Source: Mobula hypostoma
Taxonomy: Eukaryota
Reading direction: 5' to 3'
Assembly (NCBI RefSeq): GCF_963921235.1
Contig: NC_086101.1
Span: 90,148,001-90,212,000, forward strand
DNA: 64,000 nt
In this document: positions 51,467 to 64,000 of the stretch, one piece after another
Numbering within the stretch: the first letter of the stretch is position 1
How the letters are laid out: each line of letters opens with the position of its first letter
Notes under the pieces: model-generated
The model's database searches: none
What the model was told of the DNA's origin: nothing
Seen by the model: only the letters and a program-made list of their open reading frames with translations
Made by a program: the position numbers and the translations under genes

Positions 51467-52708
51467 ATGTGGTTAACACTAAACTGCATCTTCAGTTTAA
51501 GATACACTTGGTGTTGGACAATAAAATTAGTCCTTCCATGAATGCTCATATCCCATAAGTAGTAAGGCAAAATTCTTTCTCTTTGTCAGCATCACATATA
51601 GAATTGGTACTGTGGCATTGCTCTCCATAGGGCAACTAGCATTGTAAATGTGCATATCAATCAATAGATAGTGGGAGAAAAAATGTTTGCAGGTAACTAA
51701 ACAGTCATATCTACAAACTATTTGAAAGTTTCCATAGCTCACATTTCTTCCAGATTGCTGTATTTTGAGCAGGATGCTTGAAATGACATAACCGGTCATC
51801 ATGTCTGACAAATATTCATCAACAGATGTTTCATTGCTCTTGTGTTCAACAGAGCATCTCTGTCTTTCTGCAGCTGAGCAGACTAACTTTCCAGTTCATA
51901 CTGAATTTTGGCATCTGTCAAATGTAAGATATGGACATCTCTTTGAATTGTTATTGTTGTGATTCAGTTTAAACACCCAACGTAGTCAGTGGCCCACACA
52001 CATTTATGCTCCCTTGCAATTTTTTCTCGATTAACTGCTGAGTGTTTGTTGATGTGGTGAATAATGAATGCATACTCAGAATAATCAAAGTTGTTCATGA
52101 TCTTTGTGTTGGTTTCAAAGCACTGGGTTTTCTGATGGACAACTTTGGTAAATTGATTTTTTCACACAACTTACATTGCTTTCCCTTAGCAGTGCCACCA
52201 TGCTCTCACTGTCGACAGCAATTGTTCCTTGCTGACAGGTTTAAGTGAAAATTTCTGTCCTGGCATTTAGCTTCTCTTTTGATACCATTCACAGCCATGC
52301 CATGTCATTTTAATTATCTCAAATGCCACATCTTCCTTTGAGTGAAATATGCAGTCACTGGAGATTCTGATTCTACATAGTCTTTAGCCACTGGTGATAA
52401 TGTTTCATAAATAGCTTGTAATTCTTCAGCACCACAGTATAACAGAAGGGTTTATTCACAGATGTCATCTATGAGTCAAAATCCCATCATTGCTCTTCAC
52501 ACCGAAAAATCTCTTTCCCAGTGGCACAGGATTAGGGAATACACATGACTCCAGGCGTGGTCATTGCCATTCTAACACAATGCAATTACAGCCTGGGTGC
52601 ACTGAAGATATTAAACATTACTATTTATTGACATTGTTTGTATAAATTTGGTTTAATTGGAGCAGTTACGAGTCTTCTTAGCAGCTGCAGGCTGAATAAA
52701 CTACATAC

Positions 52709-52744
52709 ACAGCTGCAAGAAATCTTTCGCACTGGTTCATAAAT
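52709..52744 (-). CDS. Candidate 36-nt host exon, product unknown
   Basis: CTTTTCCTGCAG acceptor and GTATGT donor; reads FMNQCERFLAA. Confidence 0.2.
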
Positions 52745-53604
52745 CTGCAGGAAAAGCTCCCTCACACACACAATGTTTAAAATGATAGTAATTGCATTCC
52801 CAGTGCTGTAATGCTCATCTGGTGTAATCTGTAACTGATTAGCCCTTGCATCTGTGATTAATAGATGCAAACTCACTAGTGATTACATTATAAACAACAG
52901 CGACTTATTTATTGCTAATCCCCAGGTACAGAGCATGCTCGGAACTATTTACAGTGTTAAAGGGGAAATACAAAACGTTCTTAAAAGTGAATTGAGCATC
53001 AAGGTATAACAACTGACTGCAGCAAAAACAAACTGCTGGAGGAGGAATTCAACAGATTGAGCAGTGTCTGTGGGTGGGAGGGAGGAATTGTTAATGTTTT
53101 ACATTCAGATTCTATATTAAAACTTATGTTGTTTGTACAAATTTTGTTTAATTAGATTAGTTGAGAGTCATCTCTGCATCAACAGGGTTAAATAGCACTG
53201 AGCACTGATATAGATCCGTTAAGGATAGACAATTAATACAAGCATCTATAGAGAAATCCATACCCCTAGAAAAAATAAACAAATAAAATAATCCTTATTC
53301 CAATGGTCAAAAGTCACTTAAAACTCCTTCAGAATCTGCTTTGCCACTTTTGGTAGATCTGGACCTTGAATTAAATATGAAATGCTTGTAGAATCATTCA
53401 TGCTGGGAGAAATTAATCAGCAACTACATTGTTGCTGGTACTTTCCGATAATAAGATCCTTCCTGCTGCTTAACCAGTATTCAGCCAATTCTGTTTAGGA
53501 AAGGGCATTCATTAGAGCACCAAGACAACAATTTGGGCTTCTTTTAGGGCTTTACACTCAAATCATTCAGCATACTAGCACTGGCTGGTTAGTCGTTCCC
53601 ATAC

Positions 53605-53719
53605 CATTTAGGGCACAATTCATGCCACAAGTGGGCATACTTCCTGTGGATGCCAATCAGGACAGCAAAAGGCTCATTACACACTAAAAGTATGGGCACA
53701 ATCAAGTCTAGTTTAGCTT
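53605..53719 (-). CDS. Candidate host exon, product unknown
   Basis: CTACTTTACAG acceptor; only one frame open (AKLDLIVPILLVCNEPFAVLIGIHRK...); possible donors GTATGC (exon end 53641) or GTATGG (53605). Confidence 0.3.
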
Positions 53720-54204
53720 CTGTAAAGTAGTAGAGTGAAAATATTTGCCCATCAATTTGATTTACCTGTTTCATCCTGGTTAGTGTTACGGATAACCTTC
53801 TGTGAATTGTTCTGTTGTATTCTGATTTTCCTTTATGAAAATGTATCAGTTTGTATGCAGATATGATTGAAAAATGAATGAACTATCAATTAATTTAATT
53901 ATGACAAACTAGATAATAGACATGCAAAATATGTTTGATGAATCACATGACCATAGTTCACAAATTAATTATTTCATAGCCATTACTTCACAGTAAGCTT
54001 TGCAAATGTTGAAATTTCCATGTTGTATTTCCTTTGTTCATGTTAATTATTGTCACCAAAAACAAATTATGTGCATGCTCAGTCGAATAAAACTAATAAG
54101 CCAAATCATGATGGCTGTGGCCCGCAAGTTATGAATAGGCCACAGGCTTTCTTCCTTCACACTTAAGAATATTGCTAATTTACATACACTGGTTTTAACT
54201 GTAG

Positions 54205-54382
54205 AACTCAAGGATACCCTGACAGACTTGGGGGAGCCATTGGATTCTTCCTTAAGTCCAACAGCACAATCAAATCTTTTGGGGCTTCCCCTGAATTACA
54301 TTGGTATTCCACCATTCAGATCCCAAATTCCATTGACTTCGATAGGGATTGTAGGTCACAGGTTTAAGAAGAAAAAGGCAAG
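54205..54382 (+). CDS. Candidate internal host exon (178 nt, phase 1/2), product unknown
   Basis: GCTAAT branch-like site, TTTTAACTGTAG acceptor, 58 open codons LKDTLTDLGEP...HRFKKKKA, consensus AAG|GTAAGT donor. Confidence 0.5.
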
Positions 54383-54910
54383 GTAAGTTACAGTTTTAAA
54401 ATAATATTTAGGTTAATTGTTTTAATTTCTTAACTGTGCTTTGAATTCATTTTGATTGCTCATATAATTTAACTCTCTTGGAATACCAAAGGCACTAAGG
54501 TAGCGGCAGATTTGAAAAGTGAGCAGGGTCTGTTGGGACTTTCTACAGAGCTTGAATCATGGGGATGGTTACTTGTGGAGAGTAGTTACCATATTTTAAA
54601 GTAATAGTGGGGCCGGTCAGGACTTGCTGTAGACTTTGAGATCACTGGGGTTATTAGGGCCAATAAAAGGAAGTTGGGCTTAAGCAAGCAACCATTGTGG
54701 GAGTGGGACACTAACTCTGAGTGGTGAGGTAAGGCTTTGCCTCAGGAATATTCAGCAAGGAGACGTGGAGATTTATGTTGTTTCCTTTACTTCCTTTAAT
54801 ATTGCTTAGCTAGAGTAATGAGAATGGATCCCGGGTCAGTGGTTTGTTCCTTATGCAAAAGAGAACATAGAAGATAGATCACTACAGCACCATACAGGCC
54901 CTTTGGCTCA

Positions 54911-55410
54911 TTATATGAAGGATATGGAAGCTTTAGAGAAGGTGCAGAGGGGATTTACTAGAGTGCTGATTGAGAAAGCATGTCTTATCAGGATGGCTTG
55001 AGCAAGCAAGGGCTTTTCCCTTTGGATCAAAGGAGGATGAGAGGCGACTTGACAGAGGTGCACAAGATGAAAAGTGTCATCGATTGAGTGGATGACCAGA
55101 GACTTTTTCCAAGGGTGGAAACAGCTAATACAAGGGGGCATAATTTTAAGGTGATTGGAGGAGAGTGTAGGGGAGATGTCAGAGGTAATTTTTTTTATTA
55201 CAAAGACAATGGTGGGTGCATGGAGCACCCTGCCAGGTGTGCCGGTAGAGACAGGTACATTAAGTACAGTTTAAAAACCCCTTAGATTAGCAGATGGATG
55301 ACAAAAAAGAGGGCTATTTTGCAGGAAAGGGTTAGATTGATCTTAGAGCAGGTTAAAAGGCCGGCACAACATTGTGGGCCAGAGGGACTGTATTGTGCTG
55401 TAATGTTCCA
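54911..55410 (+). mobile_element. CR1 3' end
   Basis: QRLFPRVETANTRGHNFKV; 3' UTR matches 19340-19407. Confidence 0.85.
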
Positions 55411-56431
55411 TGGTCTTTGTTTTTCTATGTACTCTAAGATAAAGTTTAGGTAAGAGAACATAGTTATGAAGCCCCTGAATTATTTTTGCCTTATTCCAAG
55501 AGCCATTCTTTTCAGTCTTCCCTCCACCTCCAAGTCGCTTGTCCTGAGCAGTGCTCATTCTCCCAGTCATGCTGCTCTCCACGCACATTGTCTTTGAAAA
55601 TACTCAGAAGTGAGCACATCTGTTACTGTAAGCATCAGCTTGTGATCACTGAATTCTCTTTGAGGTTGGCGCTGGAATCTTGATCATCATTATACCAAAA
55701 ATGACAAGTACATTCCTGTAAAAACATTACATTTTCACAAACTAACTTTAGTGAACTGTGAAGAGGCAGTGTCAAAGTTAAATGATCTATCACCTATTTC
55801 CCCACACGTTCTCCAGTACACTCTTGTTAATTAAATGAAGGAAGAGGGTTTTCCTCTCTATGAGAGCAGCCATAGAGAGTAGAGTACCTTGTACTTGAAT
55901 TGCCCATGTTTTCCAGTATCAAACATTGTCTGGTAAATTTCTGCTGGTTCAGTGCTCCCAAACTAAAATCCATTCACAGAAAACTTGAATGAAAGTGTTG
56001 ATTAACTTGCACTCTGCATGTTGTCTGTAGTTTGGACCATTGGTTATGGCTGCTTACAGCCACCAGGAGAGAGGTGTCAGAGCTGGTGCGCTCCACCTGG
56101 GGCATTGTGGCAGTGTCCAGGCTGGAGTCGGTGCTGTCCCTGGTGTTCGCTTGGGAGAAGACAAGCTGTATTGTGGTCAACTGCAGAGTTCTGCGACATT
56201 CATGGCTCCGGTCAGGGCTGTATCTTATTGATATGTTTATGTGCTTGCTTGCTATCTTTCATGTGCTTTGTCTGTGTGACTGTTGGTATCTTGTTTTGCA
56301 CCTTGTGGCTGGAGCAATGCTGTCCCATTTGACCGTATTCATGGTTATTTTTGTATGGTTGAATGACAATTAAACTTGAATTGAATTTGTTCAAATTATT
56401 CACAGAAGTGAAAATTTGGAAAGAAATAATT

Positions 56432-56460
56432 CATAGAACATAGAACATAGAACATAGAAG
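56432..56460. repeat. (CATAGAA)4 microsatellite, CR1-tail-like
   Basis: CATAGAACATAGAACATAGAACATAGAA. Confidence 0.85.
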
Positions 56461-56999
56461 ATATGGGATTTTGTGCAGCAAATCAAATTGAATATGCAAA
56501 TAATCACAATCATAAGGTGATTGAAAAGGTAGAGAGAATTTGAAGTTACATGAAATGATCTGGTAAGAACCTCGAAGCTGGAAGAAGTACTTAGTAGATG
56601 AATGACTATATTTTAAATTCCTACTCACTAACATTCTCCAATATTTGTTATTGAGAAAACTGAAAAGGAATACATAAATTGTTCTCAAGTTATCAGAGAC
56701 TTGTGGACAGCAGAGGACCAGTGATTGAGCCCCAGTTATTCACAATTTATATCAGTGATTTGGGTGAAGGAGCAAACTCTTCCCTTACCGGTTTTCAGTA
56801 TCCTGACAGGTCGACCACTGGGGCTGGACGCCTGGCAAGGCTTCACCTTCTTGAAGGACGATCTGACGTCAGCTTCTGAAACAGATCACAGGGTCACCAG
56901 ATTTTGTGAGGACTCGCACAGCTGTAGCTTTCTCCTCTCTCCCAAACTGTGCAGAAAAGGCTTTGAGCTAATCTGGCTGTAAAGCAGCACAGCTACTAG

Positions 57000-59900
57000 T
57001 GTTACATTTATAACTCCAGAAACTAATTGAAAGAAAAACAGAGAAACCAGGCCACTAGCCTACTTACTTTTTTTCTTTTTTTAAATCTGGCATTCACATA
57101 GTGGCAGTTGGAATGCTGTGTCAGGAAGTGTATGGTCATGCACTTTGGTACAAGGAATAAAAGCATAGACTATCTTCTAAATGAAGGGAAAGTTCAAAAA
57201 CCTAAGGTGCAAAGGGACTTGGTTGTCCTCCTGCAGGAATTCCTTGAGGGTTAATTTGCAGGTTGAGTCGGTGGTGAGGAAGCCAAATGCTATGTGAGCA
57301 TTCATTTTGAGAGGACTAGAATATAAGAGCAAGGAAGAAATGCTGAGGGTTTAAAAGGCAGTAGTGAGGCCTCACTCGGAGTATTGTGGGCCGTTTTGGG
57401 CCCTTTAATTAAGAAAGGATGTGCTGAGATTGAAGAGGGTTCAGAGGAGTTTACGAGAAAGATTCTAGCAATGAAAGGGTACCAGTTGATTGCATTAGGC
57501 CAGTACTCACTGGAATTTAGAAGAAATTATACTCTCCCCTGCTTAGCTATAAACTCCAGCTCAATATAGAATTCATCCCAACCTAACTCAAATATATAAC
57601 GTATTGCTCTCTAGTCATTATATACACATATATACAGAGCCCTGGAAAATATATTTAGCCCACACAACTATTTTAATATTTACCTACTAATTTTCCAAAT
57701 TTAAAATATATTGAAGCAGGACTTTTTTAAGTTACTCTACAAAATATTGTGCATCATGTCAAATCCAAAGAAAAATTACAAAGCTATCAACAATTTACTG
57801 AAAATTAAAAATTAAAGTTGTGAGGCTGAGAAAGTATTCATCTCTTTTGTAATTACTGTGTTAACTTTCTTCAAGTGCAAAACAATATATTACCTTACCA
57901 ACTCACCCAATTTGTTGATGTAGAAAATTGGACAATGACCCGAATAAATATCCCCTCTATCTGTATGGTACAGCAATATGGTAGATTTTCAAGAGATTAA
58001 ACCAAAATGAAGTTCACGACAATTCAAGGAAATGATAATGGAGAAGCACAAATCTGGAGAAAGGTACAAGATCATTTCAAAGGCACTGAACATACCCTGG
58101 AGGTCGGTGCAGTCCATCGTGAAATCACAGCAATACTGTCTAGGTAAAGACGCCCCTCTAAACTGAGTCACCCGAGAAGAATGGCACTTGTAAGAGAAGC
58201 TACTTTGGTGCCAACAGTCACTCTGAGAGAGCTGCAGAAGTCAGTGGCAGCAAGTTGAGATGAAGTTCATGGCTCCACAATCTCTAAGGCCTTGCACAAA
58301 AAGGGTTCTTCTGGAAGAATGGCAAGTAAGAAGCCCTGGCTGAAAAATTTATATCCTTGCCCATAAAGACTTTGCAAAGCGTATCTAAGAAGATACTGTG
58401 AAGATATGGAAGAAGGTCTTGTGGTCAAATGAGACAAAGTGGAACTTCTTGCTGTTAACACTAAACAGTATGTGTGGTGTAAATCTAACACTGCACATCA
58501 GCCAGGTAACACTATCTCTACTGTAAAGTATGGTGGAGGTAGCATCATGCTATAGGATGTTTTTCAGTAGCAGACTGGAAATCTGGTCAGCATTGATGGG
58601 CAGACGAAGGCTGGTAAATACACAGAGATCCTGAATAAAATCTTGCTAGCGTCTGACAGAAAGCTTAAACTGTGGAGAAAGTTAATCTTTCAGAAAGTCC
58701 ACGAACCAAAGCACACTGTCAGAGAGACATTGGAGTGGCTTCAAATTAAGGAAGTTGATGTCCTGAGTGGTCCAGTCAGAATTCTGAGCTTAACCTAATC
58801 AAATATCTTTGGCAGGATCTCAAGATTACTGTCCACTGCTGCTGCCCAACTAATCTGGCACAGCTGGAGCAATTTTACAAGGAAGAATGGGCAAATCTTG
58901 CTCCATCACATTATCCAAAACTAACAGAGAATTATTGAAAAAAGACTACTGGCAATAATAGCTGTGAAAAGTAATACTCATTTACATGAGCAGGGCAGAT
59001 ATTAAACTGTCCTATTAAGCCTAAAATTTTATTTGCTGTGGAAGATTTCTTGCTCTTGTGGGATAACTTATTTCCTGACAAAAGGGTGAGTGGAATCACT
59101 CTGCCTGGCAGGTGAGGCATGTGACTATGAAGCAGTCTCAGGTTCTGGGGCCTCCACCATGGTGGCTGTGGGAGTTGGCCCTGGGACTGCAGGAAGTAGT
59201 TCTGACAGCTCTGGGTACCTTTCTTCTCTAACAATTGACTCTACTCCCCTCAAATGATTGATGTGTCATCTCCAGATGACATCAGGCACAATCTCCACTG
59301 TGTAGGAGAGTGGTCCATTTTTGTCCTTAATTTTCCAAGTACCTACTTTTGATAATCTCTGTAGCCCCTCACCAGATGTGCTTGTCCAGGAGGGAAACAT
59401 CAAACCTCCTTTGTCTCAACTGTTTGTCCTGTGAACGTCTGAGATTGAGTTTGAGGAGATCCAAGTGTGAGCGCAAGCGATGACCCGGGGACAACAGAGC
59501 TGGTGAGTTATTGGTTATGGAGCATGTTAAATTGCAATACACAGGAGGGAAAATGTCAAGCTTCTGATCCAGTGCAGTGTGTTTTGCTGACATTATGTGC
59601 AGTGTGTTCTTTAGACTCTCGACAAATCTTTTTGGCAAGCCATTTAAGCTAGGTGGTACGGTGCAGATGTAATATGTCTTATTCCATTCATTTTCAGGAA
59701 TAACTGAAACTGTTCTGCACCGGACTGTGGTCCATTGTCACTGACTAAGTGTCCTGGAACACCAGTCCTTGAGAAGAGGCTTCTCAACAGATCAACAGTG
59801 TGCAAGGCTGTAGTAGAAGCTATTGGGAACACTTCTGGCAACACTTCTGGCAACATCTACTGCGACCAAGAAATTTGTGCCCAGGAATGTCTGGCAAAAT

Positions 59901-62900
59901 CTACATGAATACTCTGCCAGAGCAATGCTGGCCATTCCCGGGGATGGAGGGGCACTACTTTTGGCTAATTCTGGACGTGTTGGCATCCTGAACAGTCCGT
60001 GGCAACCTGCTCAATCTCCTGATCTATCCCAGGGCACCAGACAAAGCTTTCTGCCAATGTTTTCACTTTGACCTTGGCTAGGTGTCTGGCATGCAGCTTT
60101 TCCAACACTTTAGCTCTCAGCTTGGCTAGTACAACAACTCTCAATCCCCACATAAGGCAAATCCTGTCAAGGGCAAATTCATCCTGGTACTGGTAAAATG
60201 GGGCATCTGGAATTTCTCACGCACATTCCTGACAGTTTGGATTTCCATATAGACCTGAGACAGTGTGGGGTCTTTTCTGGTTTCACTTTGGGTCATCTCT
60301 GCCATAATAAGGAGACTTTCAATTTGCATTAGAGAGAATACTTCAAGAGGAGTGTCCTCACTTGTAAATTTTTCAAGTATTTCCTTTTCCAAGGGTAAAT
60401 AGGGCAATTCATCAACATTTCCATGACTAGTTGTCTTCTTGAATTCAATCTTGTAATTGTGTCCTCCAAGAAACAGAGCCCATCTCTGCCTCCGTGCTGC
60501 TGCTGTAAGTAGAACACCATTCTGTGGGTTGAAAATGGTTGATGATCAACAATAAAGGTAAATTATCTCCATTCAAGTACTGGTTGAAACATTTTACACC
60601 CCAAATCAGACTGAAGGCCGCTTTGCAGTGATAAGGCAACATGATGCAAAGGCTATGGGGTGTTCACTTCCATCACTTATAACATGACTGCACCTATACC
60701 ACAAGAAGAAGCAATACTGGCATGCTTCACTGGACAATGTAGCTGGTAATATGTGAATACAGAATCTGACATCACCAATTCCTTTGCCTTTTGGAAAGCC
60801 ATCTCACACTGCTTTGTCCATTGCCATTTCTTTCCAATCTGTAGTAATGATTTCAAGGGGTGCAGCACATTAGCCAGGTTTGGCAGGAACCTGTTATTGT
60901 AATTGAAATATCCTAAAGAGGACCACGACTGTGACATGTCCTTTGGCTTTGGGGCATCCACCACTGCTTGAATTTTCTCAGCACACTTATGTAGTCTTGT
61001 GCGTCAATGGTGTGACCACAGTAAGTGATGCTTGTTTAAAATGTTCACAACTGTCACCTTGCGCTCTGAGCCCATAATCTGCTAATCTTTTTAACTTGAG
61101 ATTTTTGGAGAAGTTCCTCGTCATCCTCATTGATAACAATGATGCCCTCTGGATAACACTGAGTAGACTTGAAACATCTAGTCCATAGCTTTCTGCAAGA
61201 GTGCAGGTGCAGATGCTACCCCAGAAATAAACCTATTATAGCAATAATGTCCTTTGTGATTTTTTTACGGTGAGAAACACTTTGGACTCTTCTTCCATCT
61301 CCATCTGTAGGTAGGCCTCAGCTAAGTTCACTTTGCTGAAAAGTTTCCCTCCTTAAAGGTTTATAAAAATATCCTCTATCCTGGGCAAAAAGTGTTGATC
61401 TGCTTTCAGTATTGGGTTGATGGTGACCTTACCCTCACCACAGATCCTGATAACCCATCCTTCTTGACTACTGGGGCCCTGATATTTACAGTTAACACTA
61501 TTTTACCCTTGATATGCTTCAGTTTTCCAATACCATCCTTGAAAACTGCCGCAGCATCATCCAATACTTTTCTTAATTTGCTTTCAGTTGACGCTATTGC
61601 AGGGGATGCGACATGCAGATGGTAGATGGATCTCCAATCAAGTTGTAGTTGTCTCAGCCAATCATGTTCCCCACAATACTGCTGCTCCTGATTGTTGTTT
61701 GTTGTATTTCACTGTTACAAACATCATTTTCATGGAATAATCTTTTCTCCACTTGTGTTTACTTGGATATCTACAGGCTTCAGTTCAGTATCTTTGAAAT
61801 GCCATTCAAACTAATTTTGCGGAATGGGTGAAGCAATCAAGCTAGTGTCCTATTCCATTTTATTTAATTTTCTGTTCTCTCCTGGTGGAAGCCATATTAT
61901 TTTTCTCTTTTTAGTTTTTTCATTGTAAATCTCAACCAGGTCCATATCACTCTCATCATTATCAAATTTTTGATCAACAGCATGTAGATTAGAGCTCTTT
62001 TTGAAACTTTTTCTGTCCTGTACAGTCCATTAATTTCAGTCTGCCCAATATACTCTTTTGTATGCCCTATTTTGTTCAATTTTCTGAAAGTTTCACATTT
62101 AAACCTGCATTGGTCTGATGTATGTGAGCCCCTGCCACCATGGTAACACAATTTGTTCAGCCTGGCATCTTTCTGTTTAGATATTGCAATTTCGTTCATA
62201 CTGACTTTCATTCCTGACTGCAACTCTATTCATCCCTATCTGCTCTTTCCATTGATACAGCAATTTCAACTATTCTTTTAAATATTTGTGCTTCAGTTAA
62301 GAGCTATTTTTGAATGCTTTCTTGGAAGATTCCACAAACTAAATGATCTCTCAGTGCATCATGAAGCCCAGCACTGAACTGACGATGCTTGGCCAATTTC
62401 TTCAATTCAGACATGTACACCTTGCTTTGATTTTGCTTATGAATGCTAAGGCATTCTACAATCATCAATGGCTTTGGTCATAGTGTTCTTGCATTATGTT
62501 CCCAATATCAGCAAAGCTCGTTTCAGCTGGTTTGGTTGGAGAAGTTAAACTTCTAAGACATCTGTATGCTTTTCCACCCATTGTACACAGCAACACTGGC
62601 ATTCATTTCTCATCGGCTATCTATTTAATTTGTTTCAAAATACTGCTCAATTTGTTCAGTATATATCATCCAGTTATCTGTTGTGCAATTGAATGTGCCT
62701 ATCTTTCCAATGTAGCCAGCCATTTCTGATTTTTATAAAAAAATTATTATTATTATCATCCTGATCATCCTGTATTCAATGTTTATCAACCTGTGGCCAA
62801 TCTTATAGCTTGTTAATTTTGTCCACATCTTGCTTTTTTTAAAACCGAACATCTCTCTCTCCTTCCAAAGAAAAAATATGTTGCGTTTCAACAGGGTTCT

Positions 62901-63160
62901 CGGGTTCATTTTAAACTTCCTTGTCACCAATGTTATGTTTTGTAGCTCCAGAAATTAACTGAAAGGGTATAGTTTATTTAGTTTTTTGACTTTTTTCCAG
63001 TGAGGCACTCACATATGACGAGAGGGGGTAATTATGTATACCATTTGCATACTTCTTATATATAACCTGCAATGAATTATGTAGCCAAGCAAAGAATGCT
63101 TAATCAAACAACATATTTACAATGTTACTCAAATATCACTGAAATATTTAATACAATACA
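57000..63160 (-). mobile_element. Degenerate Gypsy LTR retrotransposon (gag-pol, both LTRs) inserted in a Rex1 LINE
   Basis: 5' LTR 62931-63160 followed on minus by PBS TGGTGACAAGG; gag zinc-knuckle remnants; RFLPNLA, ASSCGIGAV, LVSDNGPQ, SAPYHLA; related LTR end at 57000 interrupted by CR1 and Tc1. Confidence 0.85.
57635..58965 (+). mobile_element. Degenerate Tc1 transposon, right TIR not seen
   Basis: TA|CAG start; [50 protein letters not shown]. Confidence 0.85.
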
Positions 63161-63890
63161 GTTAGGCTTTGCCATATTTTGATGTAATGGCATGCAAACC
63201 CTGCCACAGCTGTCGTGCATCGAAGAAATTATCTTTCCACACTTATGTTGGCCTTCCATAGGTTGTGCCTGAACATCTTGTAGAATTCTGTTTCACTGAT
63301 CTTGAACACCACAAATGTAGCTGTCAGCAGGCTGTGGATCTCCTGGTTCATCCATGCTTTCTGGTTTCGGTATGTTTGATATGTTCTCAAAGACGCACAC
63401 TCACCTCTACAGGTCTTGATGAATTCGGTATTGACTGTGGCATCTTAATTCAGATCCAAAGATGAATCCCCGCATATGATCCAGTCGACCTATTCAAAAC
63501 AATCCTGTAAACACCCCTCTGCCTCCTTTGATAATACTTTTGTTGTCCTTACCACTGGTGTTGTCAGTCTCTGCCTATATGCCAGGAGTAGATGTACAGT
63601 CAGGTAATCTAACACTCATGGGATGGCATGGTAGGTGTTCTTGATGATGGCGTGACAGGGAACGAGTGTTTTGGCTTCTCTGGTTCTACAGGTGACATGG
63701 CAGTACCAGCTGACCTGTTTGAAATCCCCAGCAATGATCAGGAAGGGATTTGGCTGTGCTCTCTTGTGCCTGTTGATCATGGTGCTCGGCTCCTTCAGTG
63801 CCAGCCTTACATTTGCCTTGGGTAGAATGTACACTGCAACCAGGATGATGGTGGAAAACCCACTTGGCAAACCTGCCATTCCTTCAACAA
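63161..63890 (-). mobile_element. Rex1-type LINE endonuclease region (continues at about 56780-56995)
   Basis: ILVAVYILPKAN...LIIAGDFKQ; the two flanks of the Gypsy read as one continuous LINE. Confidence 0.8.
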
Positions 63891-64000
63891 TAAGTAACCC
63901 CTTTCATAGATAAGGAGGTCAAAACTGTGCATGATACTCTAGGTGTGATCACAGTAAGGTGCTATACAATTTTACTAAGACATCCTTTCTCCTGTAATCA

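Noticed and set aside
51500-52440. Old Gypsy gag remnant (AKGKQCKLC on the minus strand)
   Set aside because: Single degenerate motif; boundaries cannot be supported
59829-59852. 12-bp tandem duplication ACACTTCTGGCA in Gypsy integrase
   Set aside because: Ordinary post-insertion slippage in a dead element

Overview
Vertebrate nuclear DNA, most likely a cartilaginous fish such as a ray or shark (inferred from the repeat content, not proven). Most of the window is decayed, often nested transposable elements: CR1 LINEs with an SGNH-esterase ORF1, Rex1/Babar-type LINEs, an L1/Tx1 fragment, Penelope-like fragments, Gypsy LTR elements (one with a chromodomain), a solo LTR, a Tc1 transposon with derived MITEs, and tRNA/V-SINEs. 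There is one 171-nt assembly gap. No intact long ORF is present, and nearly all listed ORFs are TE remnants or shadow frames. A few unique stretches look like spliced host exons (best 54205-54382 +), but I cannot name the gene. Notable structures: a four-level nested insertion with TSDs (12.3-19.9 kb), a CpG-rich 85-bp minisatellite inside a retroposon, a three-copy ~820-bp non-coding retroposon with no visible Pol III promoter, an HDV-ribozyme-like fold at a retroposon 5' end, Penelope hammerhead remnants, and a rearranged chromovirus. I found no convincing novel multi-gene system. Boundaries of degenerate elements are approximate.
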